A stretch of DNA of 64,000 nt from Spirochaetia bacterium (GTDB lineage: Bacteria > Spirochaetota > Spirochaetia > SZUA-6 > Bin103): the NCBI GenBank assembly GCA_965208575.1, contig CBDBOV010000004.1:672001-736000 (forward strand). Direction: 5' to 3'. Below the pieces are notes generated by a model. It did not search any database and was not told the DNA's origin. It saw only the letters and a program-made list of their open reading frames with translations. Numbering within the stretch: position 1 is the stretch's first letter; every line of letters starts with the position of its first letter. Of this stretch, positions 9,172 through 19,729 are shown in pieces. The position numbers and the translations under genes were made by a program.

Positions 9172-10971
9172 ATGAAGAACGTCTGGTGGGCCGTGACCCT
9201 GGCCCTGTGTCTGACCGCGACCGGCGCCTGGGCCGGCGGCGACGACGAAACCGAGGCCGCATCCGCCGAGCCGCGCGAGATGGTGGAGGATCCGACCACC
9301 GGCGAGATGCTGCTGGCGCCGCGCTACGGCGGGTCGATCAGCTACGCGGTGATCGGGTCGCCGCCGAGTTCCGACGTGTGGTTCACCCACCACTCCTACA
9401 ACGCCATCAACGGCGTCAACGAGAATCTCGCCGTCGGAAACTGGGCGATCGACCGCGACGTATTCGCCTTCGACACGGACGTCGTACCGGTGTCGGCGAT
9501 GACCGGCCAACTGGCCGAAAGCTGGACCATGCCCGACGACGTCACCGTGGTGTTCACCATCCGCGACGATGTGTTCTGGCGCGACCGGCCGCCGACCAAC
9601 GGGCGCCAGCTCACCGCGCACGACATCGCCTACAACTGGAACCGCTACTTCGGGCTCGAGCAGTTCGCCGAGCAGGGGATTTCGCCCTCGCTGGGCGCGG
9701 GTTACGAGGGCAGATACGAGTCGATCACCGCCACCGACGACCGCACCGTGGTGTTCAAGCTGTCCCAGCCAAGGCTCGACCCGCTGTATGACATCTTCTT
9801 CCAGCTCAGCCGGTCGATCTACGCACCGGAGGTGATCGAGGAGCACGGTGACGTGCAGGACTGGCGTAACAACGTCGGCACCGGCCCGTTCGACCTGGTC
9901 GAGTGGGTCGAAGAGAGCCTGATGGTGTGGAACAGGGTCGACGACTACTGGGGCTTCGACGAGAAGTTCCCGGACAATCGCCTGCCCTACATCGACGAGG
10001 TGCGCGCCATCTTCATGAAAGAGCCGGCGGCCCGGCTCGCGGCGATCCGCACCCGGCAGGTCGATCACCTCGGCAGCCCCGGCAACACCCAGATCAACTC
10101 GATCGACGACTTCAAGTCGCTGCGCGACAGCAACCCCGAGCTGCAGTTCTTCAAACGCGTGTTCCGCTGCGAAACCTGCATCGGGTTCAACATCGCCAAC
10201 AAGCCGTTCGACGACATCAACGTGCGCCGCGCCATGCAGATGGCGTTCGACTTCGAGGCGATGAACAATGACTTCTTCGACGGCGAGGCCGACTGGGAGC
10301 CGGAGGGGCTGATCGGTCGCGGCAGCAAGGCGGGGTACTTCACCCCGTTCTCGGAGTGGCCGGAGGAGATCGCGCAGTACTACCGCTACGATCCGGAGCG
10401 CGCCGAGCAGATGCTCGACGAGGCCGGCTACCCGCGCGGCGACGACGGCATCCGGTTCCGGGTCCACTACGACGTCTGGGAGGGCCGCCCGCTGCCGTTC
10501 TTCGACCTGCAGGTGGCCTACTGGCGCGACATCGGCGTCGAGGTGGAGGTGCGGCCGCACGATGGCGCCACCCTGGTTCCCCTGATTCAGAGCGGAGCGT
10601 ACGAGGGCATGTCGGGGCGCGAATCGGGTTTCTTCACCGCCGATCCGCTCGGTCTGCTGCGTGCCCTTGCTTACACCGACGCCACCTGGAACGCCCCGGG
10701 AATCGATGATCCGGAGCTGAACGCGCTGCTCGACGAGGCCGCCGCCACCACCGACCTGGCGGAGCACCAGCGGCTGGTCAAGCAGGCGGACCTCTACATC
10801 ACCGCCAACCAGTGGTACATGTGGTCGCACCGCATACCGCAGATCTTCGTGTTCCAGCCGTGGATCGTGGGCCACAGCGGCGAGTTGGCGATCGGCACCA
10901 TGGAGCGCGGGCCGGTGATGATGGCGCGCCTCTGGATCGACCAGGAGATGAAGGACGAGTACGTCAAGTAG
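9172..10971 (+). CDS. ABC transporter substrate-binding protein, family 5 (peptide/nickel), copy 1
   Basis: SD GGAGG; signal peptide; 'GQLAESWT', 'GTGPF', 'LPYIDEV', 'FDDINVRRAMQMA', 'YDPERAEQMLDEAGY'. Confidence 0.93.
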   Translation: MKNVWWAVTLALCLTATGAWAGGDDETEAASAEPREMVEDPTTGEMLLAPRYGGSISYAVIGSPPSSDVWFTHHSYNAINGVNENLAVGNWAIDRDVFAFDTDVVPVSAMTGQLAESWTMPDDVTVVFTIRDDVFWRDRPPTNGRQLTAHDIAYNWNRYFGLEQFAEQGISPSLGAGYEGRYESITATDDRTVVFKLSQPRLDPLYDIFFQLSRSIYAPEVIEEHGDVQDWRNNVGTGPFDLVEWVEESLMVWNRVDDYWGFDEKFPDNRLPYIDEVRAIFMKEPAARLAAIRTRQVDHLGSPGNTQINSIDDFKSLRDSNPELQFFKRVFRCETCIGFNIANKPFDDINVRRAMQMAFDFEAMNNDFFDGEADWEPEGLIGRGSKAGYFTPFSEWPEEIAQYYRYDPERAEQMLDEAGYPRGDDGIRFRVHYDVWEGRPLPFFDLQVAYWRDIGVEVEVRPHDGATLVPLIQSGAYEGMSGRESGFFTADPLGLLRALAYTDATWNAPGIDDPELNALLDEAAATTDLAEHQRLVKQADLYITANQWYMWSHRIPQIFVFQPWIVGHSGELAIGTMERGPVMMARLWIDQEMKDEYVK

Positions 10972-11053
10972 ACTGTCTGGCCGTTCGCAGTCTTTGAACG
11001 CATGACAAACGGTGCGGGATGGTCGCACGCCGGCCATCCCGCCCATTCCGCCG

Positions 11054-11063
11054 CGAACGTTCG
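11054..11063. promoter_or_regulatory. Palindromic operator candidate CGAACGTTCG upstream of SBP copy 2
   Basis: Perfect 10-bp palindrome with an AACGTT core. Confidence 0.5.
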
Positions 11064-11157
11064 AATACGCTGACGGTTCTGATAGCATAGGCTGGTACGC
11101 TCACGAACACAGGCGCCGGGAGGCAGTCTCGGGGCCAAGAAAAGGGAGGAGTTCCGC

Positions 11158-12960
11158 ATGACTCCAAGATTCATGATACTGGCACTGGCATTCGCGCTGG
11201 TGGCGGCTTCCGTTCCGTTTGCCGGCGGCGAGGAGGAAACCGAGACCGCCGCGCCCGAAACGCGCGACATGGTGGAAGATCCCACTACCGGCAAGATGCT
11301 GCTCGCGCCGCGCTACGGCGGGTCGATCAGCTACGCGGCGGTCGGGTCGCCACCGAGTTCCGACACCTGGTTCACCCACCACTCCAACAACGCCATCAAC
11401 GGCGTCAACGAGAGTCTGGCCATCGGCGACTGGGGCATCGACCGCGACGTGTACGCGTTCGACACCGACGTCGTCCCGGTGTCGGTGATGATCGGTCAAC
11501 TGGCCGAGAGCTGGACCATGCCCGACGACGTCACCGTGGTGTTCACCATCCGCGACAACGTGTTCTGGCGCGACCGGGCGCCTACCAACGGCCGCCAGCT
11601 CACCGCGCACGACGTCGTCTACAACTGGCACCGCTACATCGGACTCGGGCAGTTCGCCGAGCAGGGGGTGTCGCCCTCGCTGGGCGCCGGATACGAGGGC
11701 AAGTACGAGTCGATCACCGCCACCGACGACCGCACCGTGGTGTTCAAGCTGCCGCAGCCGCGGCTCGACCCGCTGTACGACATCCTGTTCCAGCGCAGCC
11801 GCGCGATCTACGCACCCGAGGTGATCGAGGAGCACGGCGACGTGCAGGACTGGCGCAACAACGTCGGCACCGGACCGTACGACCTGGTCGAATGGGTCGA
11901 GGAAAGCCTGATGGTGTGGAACAGGATCGACGACTACTGGGGCTTTGACGAGAAGTTTCCCGACAATCGCCTGCCCTACATCGACGAGGTGCGCGCCATC
12001 TTCATGAAGGAGCCGGCAGCCCGGATCGCGGCGATCCGCACCCGGCAGGTCGATCACCTCGGCAGCCCCGGCAACAGCCAGATCAACTCGGTCGACGACG
12101 CCAACGCGCTGCGCAACAGCAACCCCGAGCTGCAGTTCTTCCGGCGCGTGTTCCGCTGCGAGACCTGCATCGGGTTCAACATCGGCAACGAGCCGTTCGA
12201 CGACATCAACGTGCGCCGCGCCATGCAGATGGCATTCGACCTGGAAGCGATGAACAACGACTTCTTCGACGGCCAGGCGGACTGGGTGCCGGAGGGCAGG
12301 ATAGGCCGCGGCGCCAAGGAGGGGTACTTCACCCCGTTCTCGGAGTGGCCGGAAGAGATCGCGCAGTATTACCGCTACGATCCGGAGCGCGCCGAGCAGT
12401 TGCTCGACGAGGCCGGCTACCCGCGCGGCGAGGACGGCATCCGGTTCCGCACCCACTACGACGTCTGGGAGGGCCGGCCGCTGCCGTTCTTCGACCTGCA
12501 GGTGGCCTACTGGCGCGACATCGGCGTCGAGGTGGAGGTGCGGCCGCACGATGGCGCCACCCTGGTTCCCCTGATTCAGAGCAGGGCGTACCAGGGCATG
12601 TCGGGGCGCGAGTTGGGCACATTTACCGGCAATCCGCTCGGTTCGATACGCGTTATCGCCTATACCGACGCCACCTGGAACGCCCCCGGGATCGATGATG
12701 CGAAGATGAATGCGCTGCTCGACGCGGCCGCGGAGACCACCGACCTGGCGGAGCACCAGCGGCTGGTCAAGGAGGCGGACCTCCACTTGATCGCCAACCA
12801 CTGGTACGGCTGGTCGCACCGGCTGCCGCAGATCTTCGTGTTCCAGCCGTGGATCGTCGGCCACAGCGGCGAGCTGCAGCTCGGCAGCATGGAGCGCGGA
12901 CCGGTGATGATGGCGCGCCTGTGGATCGACCAGGAGCTGAAGGACGAATACGTCAAGTAG
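11158..12960 (+). CDS. ABC transporter substrate-binding protein, family 5, copy 2 (tandem paralog)
   Basis: Near-identical to 9172-10971 over the mature region, with a different signal peptide. Confidence 0.93.
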   Translation: MTPRFMILALAFALVAASVPFAGGEEETETAAPETRDMVEDPTTGKMLLAPRYGGSISYAAVGSPPSSDTWFTHHSNNAINGVNESLAIGDWGIDRDVYAFDTDVVPVSVMIGQLAESWTMPDDVTVVFTIRDNVFWRDRAPTNGRQLTAHDVVYNWHRYIGLGQFAEQGVSPSLGAGYEGKYESITATDDRTVVFKLPQPRLDPLYDILFQRSRAIYAPEVIEEHGDVQDWRNNVGTGPYDLVEWVEESLMVWNRIDDYWGFDEKFPDNRLPYIDEVRAIFMKEPAARIAAIRTRQVDHLGSPGNSQINSVDDANALRNSNPELQFFRRVFRCETCIGFNIGNEPFDDINVRRAMQMAFDLEAMNNDFFDGQADWVPEGRIGRGAKEGYFTPFSEWPEEIAQYYRYDPERAEQLLDEAGYPRGEDGIRFRTHYDVWEGRPLPFFDLQVAYWRDIGVEVEVRPHDGATLVPLIQSRAYQGMSGRELGTFTGNPLGSIRVIAYTDATWNAPGIDDAKMNALLDAAAETTDLAEHQRLVKEADLHLIANHWYGWSHRLPQIFVFQPWIVGHSGELQLGSMERGPVMMARLWIDQELKDEYVK

Positions 12961-13132
12961 CGCCCCAAACCCGGTCGGCGCCGCTCTTGGCCCATCCCAA
13001 CCGTTCGCCCAGGAGCCTGTCGCGATCCGACCGGCTCCTGGGCGTCTTGCCTGCGTCCGCGTGACGCCGCAGCGGGATATCGGCTCAGCCGGCATGCCAC
13101 TGCGGCCTCGTTAATGCCCCGAGGGCATCCGC

Positions 13133-14089
13133 GTGCGAGCCTATATCATCCGCAGGCTGCTGCTGATCATCCCTACCCTGCTGATCCTGAGCGCGCTGGT
13201 GTTCCTGTCGGTGCGCTTCATTCCCGGCGACGTCATCGACGCGCTGGAGTCACGGATGGACTACCTGGCCGAGCCGCTCGACCGCGCCGCGCTGGAGCGG
13301 GTGCTCGGCCTCGACAAGCCGGTGCACGTGCAGTACCTGCTGTGGCTGCGCGGCATCTTCCTGCACGGCACGCTGGGCAATTCGCTGCTCGGCAAGGACA
13401 CCGTGGAAGCGAAGATCTGGACCCGCGCGGGGCCGACCTTTCAACTGGGCCTGATGTCCCTGGTCATCGGCCTGGTGATCGCGCTGCCGGTGGGGGTGTA
13501 CTCGGCGATCCGCCAGGACACCGCGGCCGACTACGCGGGCCGCACCATCGCGGTGCTGGGGCTGGCGACGCCCAACTTCTGGCTCGCGATCATGGTGATC
13601 ATCTACCCGGCGCTGTGGTGGAACTGGGCGCCGCCGATCCTGATGGTCAAGTTCCTGGACGACCCGTGGGAAAGCCTGGGGGTGTTCCTGATCCCGAGCA
13701 TCATACTGGGCACCGCGATGTCGGCGGGCACCATGCGCTTCACCAGGACGATGATGTTGGAGGTACTGCGCCAGGACTACGTACGCACCGCCTGGGCCAA
13801 GGGCCTGCGCGAGCGCCTGGTGATCGCACGGCACGCCATCAAGAACGCGATGATCCCGGTGGTGTCGGCCATCGGGCTGTCGCTGCCGCTGCTGGTGGGC
13901 GGCTCGGTGATCATCGAGAACATCTTCAACCTGCCCGGCATGGGGCAGCTCATGCTGATCGCGCTGTCGGACCGGGACTACCCGATCGTGTCCGGCGTCA
14001 ACCTGTTCTTTGGGGTCGGCGTGGTGCTGATCAACCTGCTGATAGACCTGGTCTACGTCTACCTCGACCCGAGGATCCGTTACGCGTAG
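13133..14089 (+). CDS. Peptide/nickel ABC permease (DppB/OppB-like)
   Basis: 'MRAYIIRRLL...PGD', 'TRTMMLEVLRQDYVRTAWAKGL', 'LDPRIRY'. Confidence 0.93.
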   Translation: MRAYIIRRLLLIIPTLLILSALVFLSVRFIPGDVIDALESRMDYLAEPLDRAALERVLGLDKPVHVQYLLWLRGIFLHGTLGNSLLGKDTVEAKIWTRAGPTFQLGLMSLVIGLVIALPVGVYSAIRQDTAADYAGRTIAVLGLATPNFWLAIMVIIYPALWWNWAPPILMVKFLDDPWESLGVFLIPSIILGTAMSAGTMRFTRTMMLEVLRQDYVRTAWAKGLRERLVIARHAIKNAMIPVVSAIGLSLPLLVGGSVIIENIFNLPGMGQLMLIALSDRDYPIVSGVNLFFGVGVVLINLLIDLVYVYLDPRIRYA

Positions 14090-14098
14090 TGCGCCGGC

Positions 14099-15082
14099 AT
14101 GAGTGAGACCGGGACAACGGCAACGCCGGAGGCGAGCCCGCCCGCAACGAGCATGGAGGCCCCGCGCCAGCGGTCGCCGTTCGCGCAGTTCTTCGGACGG
14201 TTGATCAGGGAGAAACCGCTCGGCGCGATTAGCGGCGGCGTGGTCCTGGTCCTGATCGTGGTCAGCCTCTTCGCGACCCAGTTGGCGCCCTACGACATCA
14301 ACGACGTCAACGCCAAGAACCGGCTCAAGGGGCCGTCGGCCGAGCACCTGCTGGGCACCGACCACGTCGGCCGCGACTTCTTGAGCCGGGTGCTGCTCGG
14401 CGCCCGCCTGTCGCTGTTCGTGGGCCTGAGCGCCACCGCGCTCAACGTGCTGGTGGCGCTGCTGATCGGCGGCGTGTCCGGCTACCTGGGGGGCAAGCTG
14501 GACTTGATGATGCAGCGCTTCGTGGATGCCTGGATGGCGTTTCCCGGCCTGCTGCTATTGCTCACCATCATGTCGATCGTGGGGCGCGGCCTGCCGCAGG
14601 TGATCATCGTGCTGGGAGTGAGCGGCGGCATCGTCGGCTCGCGCGTGGTGCGCGGCGCCGTGCTCGGCGTCAAGGAAAACATCTACTTCCAGGCGGCCGA
14701 GGCGATCGGCACCCGCACCGGCAGCACCCTGCTGCGCCACGTAATCCCCAACATCGCGCCGGTACTGGTGATCATCTTCAGCATCAACATCGGCGGCGTG
14801 ATCATCAGCGAGGCTTCCCTGAGCTTTCTCGGCTTCGGGCTGCCGATCGAGATACCGAGCTGGGGCGGTCTGCTGAGCCGCGAGGGACGCCGCTACATGG
14901 AGCAGGCGCCGCACCTGGCGCTGTGGCCTGGCCTGTGTCTCACCGTCACGGTGTACAGCATGAACAACTTCGGTGACGCCATGCGCGACCTGCTGGACCC
15001 GCGCCTGCGCGGCGGCGCCAGTACCAACTACGGAGGATTCCGCAGCCGCGGGCGCGGCGCCGGGGCCACGGCCGCCCGGTGA
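14099..15082 (+). CDS. Peptide/nickel ABC permease (DppC/OppC-like)
   Basis: 'HLLGTDHVGRDFLSR', 'EASLSFLGFG', 'GDAMRDLLDPR'. Confidence 0.93.
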   Translation: MSETGTTATPEASPPATSMEAPRQRSPFAQFFGRLIREKPLGAISGGVVLVLIVVSLFATQLAPYDINDVNAKNRLKGPSAEHLLGTDHVGRDFLSRVLLGARLSLFVGLSATALNVLVALLIGGVSGYLGGKLDLMMQRFVDAWMAFPGLLLLLTIMSIVGRGLPQVIIVLGVSGGIVGSRVVRGAVLGVKENIYFQAAEAIGTRTGSTLLRHVIPNIAPVLVIIFSINIGGVIISEASLSFLGFGLPIEIPSWGGLLSREGRRYMEQAPHLALWPGLCLTVTVYSMNNFGDAMRDLLDPRLRGGASTNYGGFRSRGRGAGATAAR

Positions 15083-17025
15083 ACGGCGGACACGGACCTG
15101 CTCACAACCCATCCACCGGACGCGGTCAGTCACCGCCGGCTCGGTGTCGGTGCCACGGCCGGCCGTTGAGCGCCGGCTGCCGATCAGCTCACCACCTGAT
15201 CACCTGCCGCCGCCGGCCACCGCCACCGCAATCGCGCCCTATCTGCCCCCGAGCGTTGCCGGCTTCCGTCCTCACTGACGGCCGCCGATGGACTCACGCC
15301 GCGACCGCCGGGCGGCGCCGGCCACCCCAGGCATGCCCACGCCCGCACTGTATCCGGGCGCTGGTGGCGGTTGTCCTCGCCGCCGCAATCGCGCCGATCG
15401 CCGCGGAGGAGCCGGCCACGCGGTTTCGTGACGCGACGGCGGAGTCGGGGATCGCGTTCGAGAGCGGCATGCGCGGCATCGACGGCTTCGCGTTCGTGGA
15501 CCTGATGGCCCGCACCAGCGCCGCCGCCGGCGACTACGACAACGACGGCGATATCGACCTGTTCATCGTGCGCGGCGACATCGGCCCCAACCTCCTGTAC
15601 CGCAACGACGGCGGCCTGCGCTTCACGGAGGTGGCGGCGGCGGCCGGTCTGGCCTTTACCCGCCCGCCGGCGGACAACTACCGCCACGCCGGGCCGACCT
15701 TCGCCGACGTCGACGGCGACGGCGACCTCGACCTGTTCGTCGGCGGCCTGCAAGGCGACCCGTCGCGGCTGTACCGCAACGACGGCGACGGCACGTTCAC
15801 GGACGTGACCCGGCACTCCGGGCTCGACGCGATGGGCGCTGAGCAGACCTTCTCGGCGGCGTTCGGCGACTACGACCTGGACGGCGACCTCGACCTGGCG
15901 CTGGCGCACTGGGGCACGGCGCGGCCCGCCGTCCTGCACGTGCGAGAGGCCTCCGCCCGCCGCCTGTTCACCGAGCACCTGTGGCGCAACGACAGCGACG
16001 CGCAGGGCATCCGGTTTACCCGAGTCAGCGACGCGGCCGGCATCGCGGCCACCATCCTGACGCTGCCCGATCCCGAGGAGCCGTTTCCCGACGGCCACCC
16101 CTCGCTCGGCCGCGACTGGACCTTCACCCCCACCTTCGCCCGCATCGACGGCGACCGCTACCCGGACTTGCTGTTCGCGGCCGACTTCAACCGCTCACAG
16201 GTGTTCCTCAACAACCGCGACGGCACCTTCCGCAACGTCACCGACCCGGCCGTGCTGATCGACGACCACGGCATGGGCTCGGCGGTGGCCGACTTCGACG
16301 CCGACGGCGACCTCGACTGGTTCGTGACCAGCGTGTACTACGGCGGGCCCGGCGAGACGCCGGACCCGTTCCGCGGCAACCGCCTGTACCGCAACGACGG
16401 CGGCGTGTTCACCGACGCCACCGATGCCGCCGGCGTGGTGGACGGCGGCTGGGGCTGGGCCGCCTGCGCCATCGACTTCGACAACGACGGCAACCTGGAC
16501 ATCTACCACACCAACGGCTGGATCAGCCTGGGCAGCTACGAGGCGGACTACACCGCCGACCGGTCGCGCGCCTTCGTGGGCCGCGGCGACGGCACCTTCA
16601 CCGACCGCGCCGCCGCGCTCGGCCTCGACGACAGCGAGTTCGGGCGCGGCGCGGTATGCGCCGACTTCGACAACGACGGCGACGTCGACATCCTGCTGCT
16701 GCATGAGTCGGCGACCCTGTGGGAGAACCTGACAACCGGCGCCAACTACCTGCGCGTCCTGCTGCGCGGGGCGCCGCCCAACACCGAGGCGGTGGGCGCC
16801 CGCATCAGCGTGACCACCGCCGGCGCCGCCGGGCAGCGAACCCGCATGCGCGAGTTGACCCTGGGCAGCAACTACCTGTCGCAGAACCCGCTGCTGCAGG
16901 TGTTCGGCCTCGCCGCCGCCACCGAGTGCGACGTCGAGGTGGAGTGGCCGGACGGCCGCCGCACCTCCCTGCGCGGCGTCTCAGCCGGCCAGACGCTGCA
17001 CCTCACCCACCCGGCCCTCCTCTGA
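15079..17025 (+). CDS. CRTAC1/ASPIC-UnbV family FG-GAP repeat secreted protein (true start probably downstream, ~15256-15364)
   Basis: Repeated 'DYDNDGDIDL', 'DVDGDGDLDL', 'LYRNDG..FTDVT'; C-terminal 'YLSQN...FGL...VEVEWPDG'; signal-like 'ALVAVVLAAAIAPIAA'. Confidence 0.85.
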   Translation: MNGGHGPAHNPSTGRGQSPPARCRCHGRPLSAGCRSAHHLITCRRRPPPPQSRPICPRALPASVLTDGRRWTHAATAGRRRPPQACPRPHCIRALVAVVLAAAIAPIAAEEPATRFRDATAESGIAFESGMRGIDGFAFVDLMARTSAAAGDYDNDGDIDLFIVRGDIGPNLLYRNDGGLRFTEVAAAAGLAFTRPPADNYRHAGPTFADVDGDGDLDLFVGGLQGDPSRLYRNDGDGTFTDVTRHSGLDAMGAEQTFSAAFGDYDLDGDLDLALAHWGTARPAVLHVREASARRLFTEHLWRNDSDAQGIRFTRVSDAAGIAATILTLPDPEEPFPDGHPSLGRDWTFTPTFARIDGDRYPDLLFAADFNRSQVFLNNRDGTFRNVTDPAVLIDDHGMGSAVADFDADGDLDWFVTSVYYGGPGETPDPFRGNRLYRNDGGVFTDATDAAGVVDGGWGWAACAIDFDNDGNLDIYHTNGWISLGSYEADYTADRSRAFVGRGDGTFTDRAAALGLDDSEFGRGAVCADFDNDGDVDILLLHESATLWENLTTGANYLRVLLRGAPPNTEAVGARISVTTAGAAGQRTRMRELTLGSNYLSQNPLLQVFGLAAATECDVEVEWPDGRRTSLRGVSAGQTLHLTHPALL

Positions 17026-17066
17026 TCCACAATCCGCCGGCACGGTTGTCATCCTGACGCGGTGCG

Positions 17067-17280
17067 TCAGTCGGAGAGGCCCATGCAGAACGCGAGTGCT
17101 CGAATGAGACGGACGAGGTCGGCGCGGTCCAACCGTCCGATCCGGTCGCCGATCTTCCCACGCCGGACGGTCACCGGTTTGTCGGCCATGATCTGCGACC
17201 TGCGGTGCAATCCGTTCAACCCGGACGGATCGATGGTCACTCGAAGAGTCGGGCACGTCGCGGAGGCTGAGCGGAGGCTG
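17067..17280 (-). pseudogene. PemK/MazF toxin C-terminal remnant
   Basis: 'LRVTIDPSGLNGLHRRSQIMADKPVTVRRGKIGDRIGRLD...RALAFCMGL'; N-terminus and antitoxin absent. Confidence 0.75.
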
Positions 17281-17344
17281 CCGTGTCGGTTGACACGAAC
17301 GCTGGCGCTGTGCCAGTCCTTGTGAGGGTCCTTGTCGTGATCTC

Positions 17345-19729
17345 GTGAGACCAGCACTTCCGCTTCGATACATGAAGGTCGTCGACCTCGCCGGTGGCGC
17401 GGCCGCGTCCATCGGCCGAGACCTCGCGGCATTGGGCGCGCGGGTGGTGCGCGTTGAACCACGTGGCGGCCACCACGACCGGACGGCGGCGCCAGTCGTT
17501 GCCGGACTGAGCGTAGACTTCGCGATCCGCAACCTGGGCAAGACCAATGTCGAGCTTGATCTTGGCGATCCGGAGGATCGGACCGCATTCCGGGCTTTGC
17601 TCGCCGAGGCGGATCTTCTCATCGAATCGACGCGCCCCGGGTCTGCCGAGGCCGCTCAATTGGACGCGGCCCGCCTCGCCGCGCAGCACCCGACGCTCGT
17701 CATCCTGTCCGTGAGCGACTTCGGGCAGACCGGTGCGTACGCCCGGTGGCAGGCGACGGCGCCGGTGCTTGATGCGCTCGGCGGCGGGCTGGCACGCTCG
17801 GGACTTCCCGGGCGCCCGCCGCTCCTGCCGCCCGGCAACCTTGCGATTGAATGCGCACTCGCTCAGGCGGCGTACGTCGCTGTGCTGGGCTACGTCAACC
17901 GTCTGAAGAGCGGCCACGGTGACCACATTGATTTCTCGCTGATGAAGGGGGCTAGCCAGACGCTCGATCCGGCATTCGGCATCTACGGAAGCGCGACATC
18001 CGGTGTCCCGCCGAGCGAAACGCCCCGCGGCCGTCCGGACGTCGGGTTCATGTATCCCATCGTGCCCTGCGCGGATGGTGCCGTGCGCATTTGCGTACTC
18101 GCGCCGCGCCAGTGGCGAGGCATGTTCCGATGGATGGGGAGCCCTCCCGAGTTTGCCGACCCCTCGTTCAATGACTTGGTTACGCGGTTCGACAATCCGG
18201 AGCTGATCCCGGCCATCGCACGTTTCTTTGCCGGCCACACGCGCGCCGACCTGGAGCGGCACGGCCAACGCGCCGGGGTGCCGATTGCTGCCGTGCTCGA
18301 CGTCGACGAGGTGTTGCGAAGCGACCAGGTCATCGCGCGCCGAGCCTTGGTGCCGGTCGAAATCTCCCCCGGACACTCGGTGCAGGTGCCCGATGGCATG
18401 ATCGAGATCGACGGGGCGCGTGCCGGCCGCCGTCCCGCGGATTCGGCTGCTCCGCCCGCAACGCCTGCTCCGCGTAAACCGGAAGTGCCGAGCTGGCCGT
18501 TTGCAGGCGCGCGCCCGCTGTCGGGGCTCCGCGTGCTCGATCTCGGCGTGATCGTGGTCGGCGCCGAACAGGCGCGCCTGCTGGCCGATCAAGGGGCTGA
18601 TGTCATCAAGATCGAGAACAGCGCCTTCCTGGACGGCACCAGGCGGAGCCGTGACGGCAGTCCCGTGTCGCTGCCATTCGCCGCCGGTCACCGCAACAAG
18701 CGCGGGCTGGGCCTCAATCTGCGTGACGAGAGAGGCAAGCGGCTGTTCCTGAAGCTGGTGGCGCAGAGCGACGTGGTCATGACCAATTTCAAGCCCGGCA
18801 CGATGGACTCGCTCGGGCTCGGCTACGAGGTACTGAGGGCGGTCAATCCCGGCATTATCGTTGCCGACAGCTCAGCCTTCGGGCCGGACGGGCCGTGGTC
18901 GAAGCGTCTTGGCTATGGGCCGCTGGTACGGGCATCCGCCGGCCTGACCAAGCAGTGGCGTCATCCAGGTGAAGTGGACGGCTTCGGCGATGCCTCGACC
19001 ATCTACCCCGATCATGTTGCCGGTCGGGTGGCCGCCCTCGGGGTTCTCGCCCTGCTGATCCGCAGGCTGTACACGGGTCGCGGCGGCACAGTCAGCACCT
19101 CGCAGGCCGAAATCATCCTCAGCCATCAAGCCACCGACATCGCGGCTCGTGCGCTGAGCGCCGCAGGCGCCGCGGGCGCGACGATCGCTGGACAGGTCGC
19201 CCACGACGCACCGTGGGGAGTGTTCCCGGCACTCGGCGATGACGAGTGGTGCGTGGTGACGGTGCGTTCCGATGAGGAGTGGCGAGCACTGTGCTCGACC
19301 ATGGGGCGGCCCGACCTCGGTGCCGAGCCCGAGCTTGCCACCAGGGCCGGGAGAGACCGGGCCCGGGCGCGCATCGACGCCCTGTTGATCGATTGGCTTG
19401 CCACCCGTACCCCGCATGAGGCGATGGAGAGGTTGCAGGCGGCCGGCGTCCCCGCGGCCGCCATGCTCCGCGTGCAGGACCTCCCCGATTTTCCCCTGTT
19501 CCAGGAGCAAGGATTCCACACCCTCGCCCGCCACCCGCTGTACCGCGAGCCGCTGCTGATGGAGACCGGCCCTGCCCGCTTCTCCCGCCTCGCCGAGCCG
19601 GCGCTGGAACCGGCTCCGGTGCTCGGTGAGCACACGCGGGATATCGCGCGCACGTTGTTGGACCTGTCGGAGACGGAGATCGAAGAGCTGATGGAATCGG
19701 GCGTGCTTGAAGAGGGAGGCAGACGATGA
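17345..19729 (+). CDS. CaiB/BaiF class III CoA-transferase, double-domain
   Basis: Two repeats: 'KVVDLAG...LGARVVRVEP' and 'PLSGLRVLDLG...LADQGADVIKIE...NFKPG...APVLGEHT'. Confidence 0.9.
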   Translation: MRPALPLRYMKVVDLAGGAAASIGRDLAALGARVVRVEPRGGHHDRTAAPVVAGLSVDFAIRNLGKTNVELDLGDPEDRTAFRALLAEADLLIESTRPGSAEAAQLDAARLAAQHPTLVILSVSDFGQTGAYARWQATAPVLDALGGGLARSGLPGRPPLLPPGNLAIECALAQAAYVAVLGYVNRLKSGHGDHIDFSLMKGASQTLDPAFGIYGSATSGVPPSETPRGRPDVGFMYPIVPCADGAVRICVLAPRQWRGMFRWMGSPPEFADPSFNDLVTRFDNPELIPAIARFFAGHTRADLERHGQRAGVPIAAVLDVDEVLRSDQVIARRALVPVEISPGHSVQVPDGMIEIDGARAGRRPADSAAPPATPAPRKPEVPSWPFAGARPLSGLRVLDLGVIVVGAEQARLLADQGADVIKIENSAFLDGTRRSRDGSPVSLPFAAGHRNKRGLGLNLRDERGKRLFLKLVAQSDVVMTNFKPGTMDSLGLGYEVLRAVNPGIIVADSSAFGPDGPWSKRLGYGPLVRASAGLTKQWRHPGEVDGFGDASTIYPDHVAGRVAALGVLALLIRRLYTGRGGTVSTSQAEIILSHQATDIAARALSAAGAAGATIAGQVAHDAPWGVFPALGDDEWCVVTVRSDEEWRALCSTMGRPDLGAEPELATRAGRDRARARIDALLIDWLATRTPHEAMERLQAAGVPAAAMLRVQDLPDFPLFQEQGFHTLARHPLYREPLLMETGPARFSRLAEPALEPAPVLGEHTRDIARTLLDLSETEIEELMESGVLEEGGRR

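Noticed and set aside
9172-12960. Possible DGR template/variable repeat pair
   Set aside because: Differences are not adenine-specific, both copies are full genes, and no reverse transcriptase is present.
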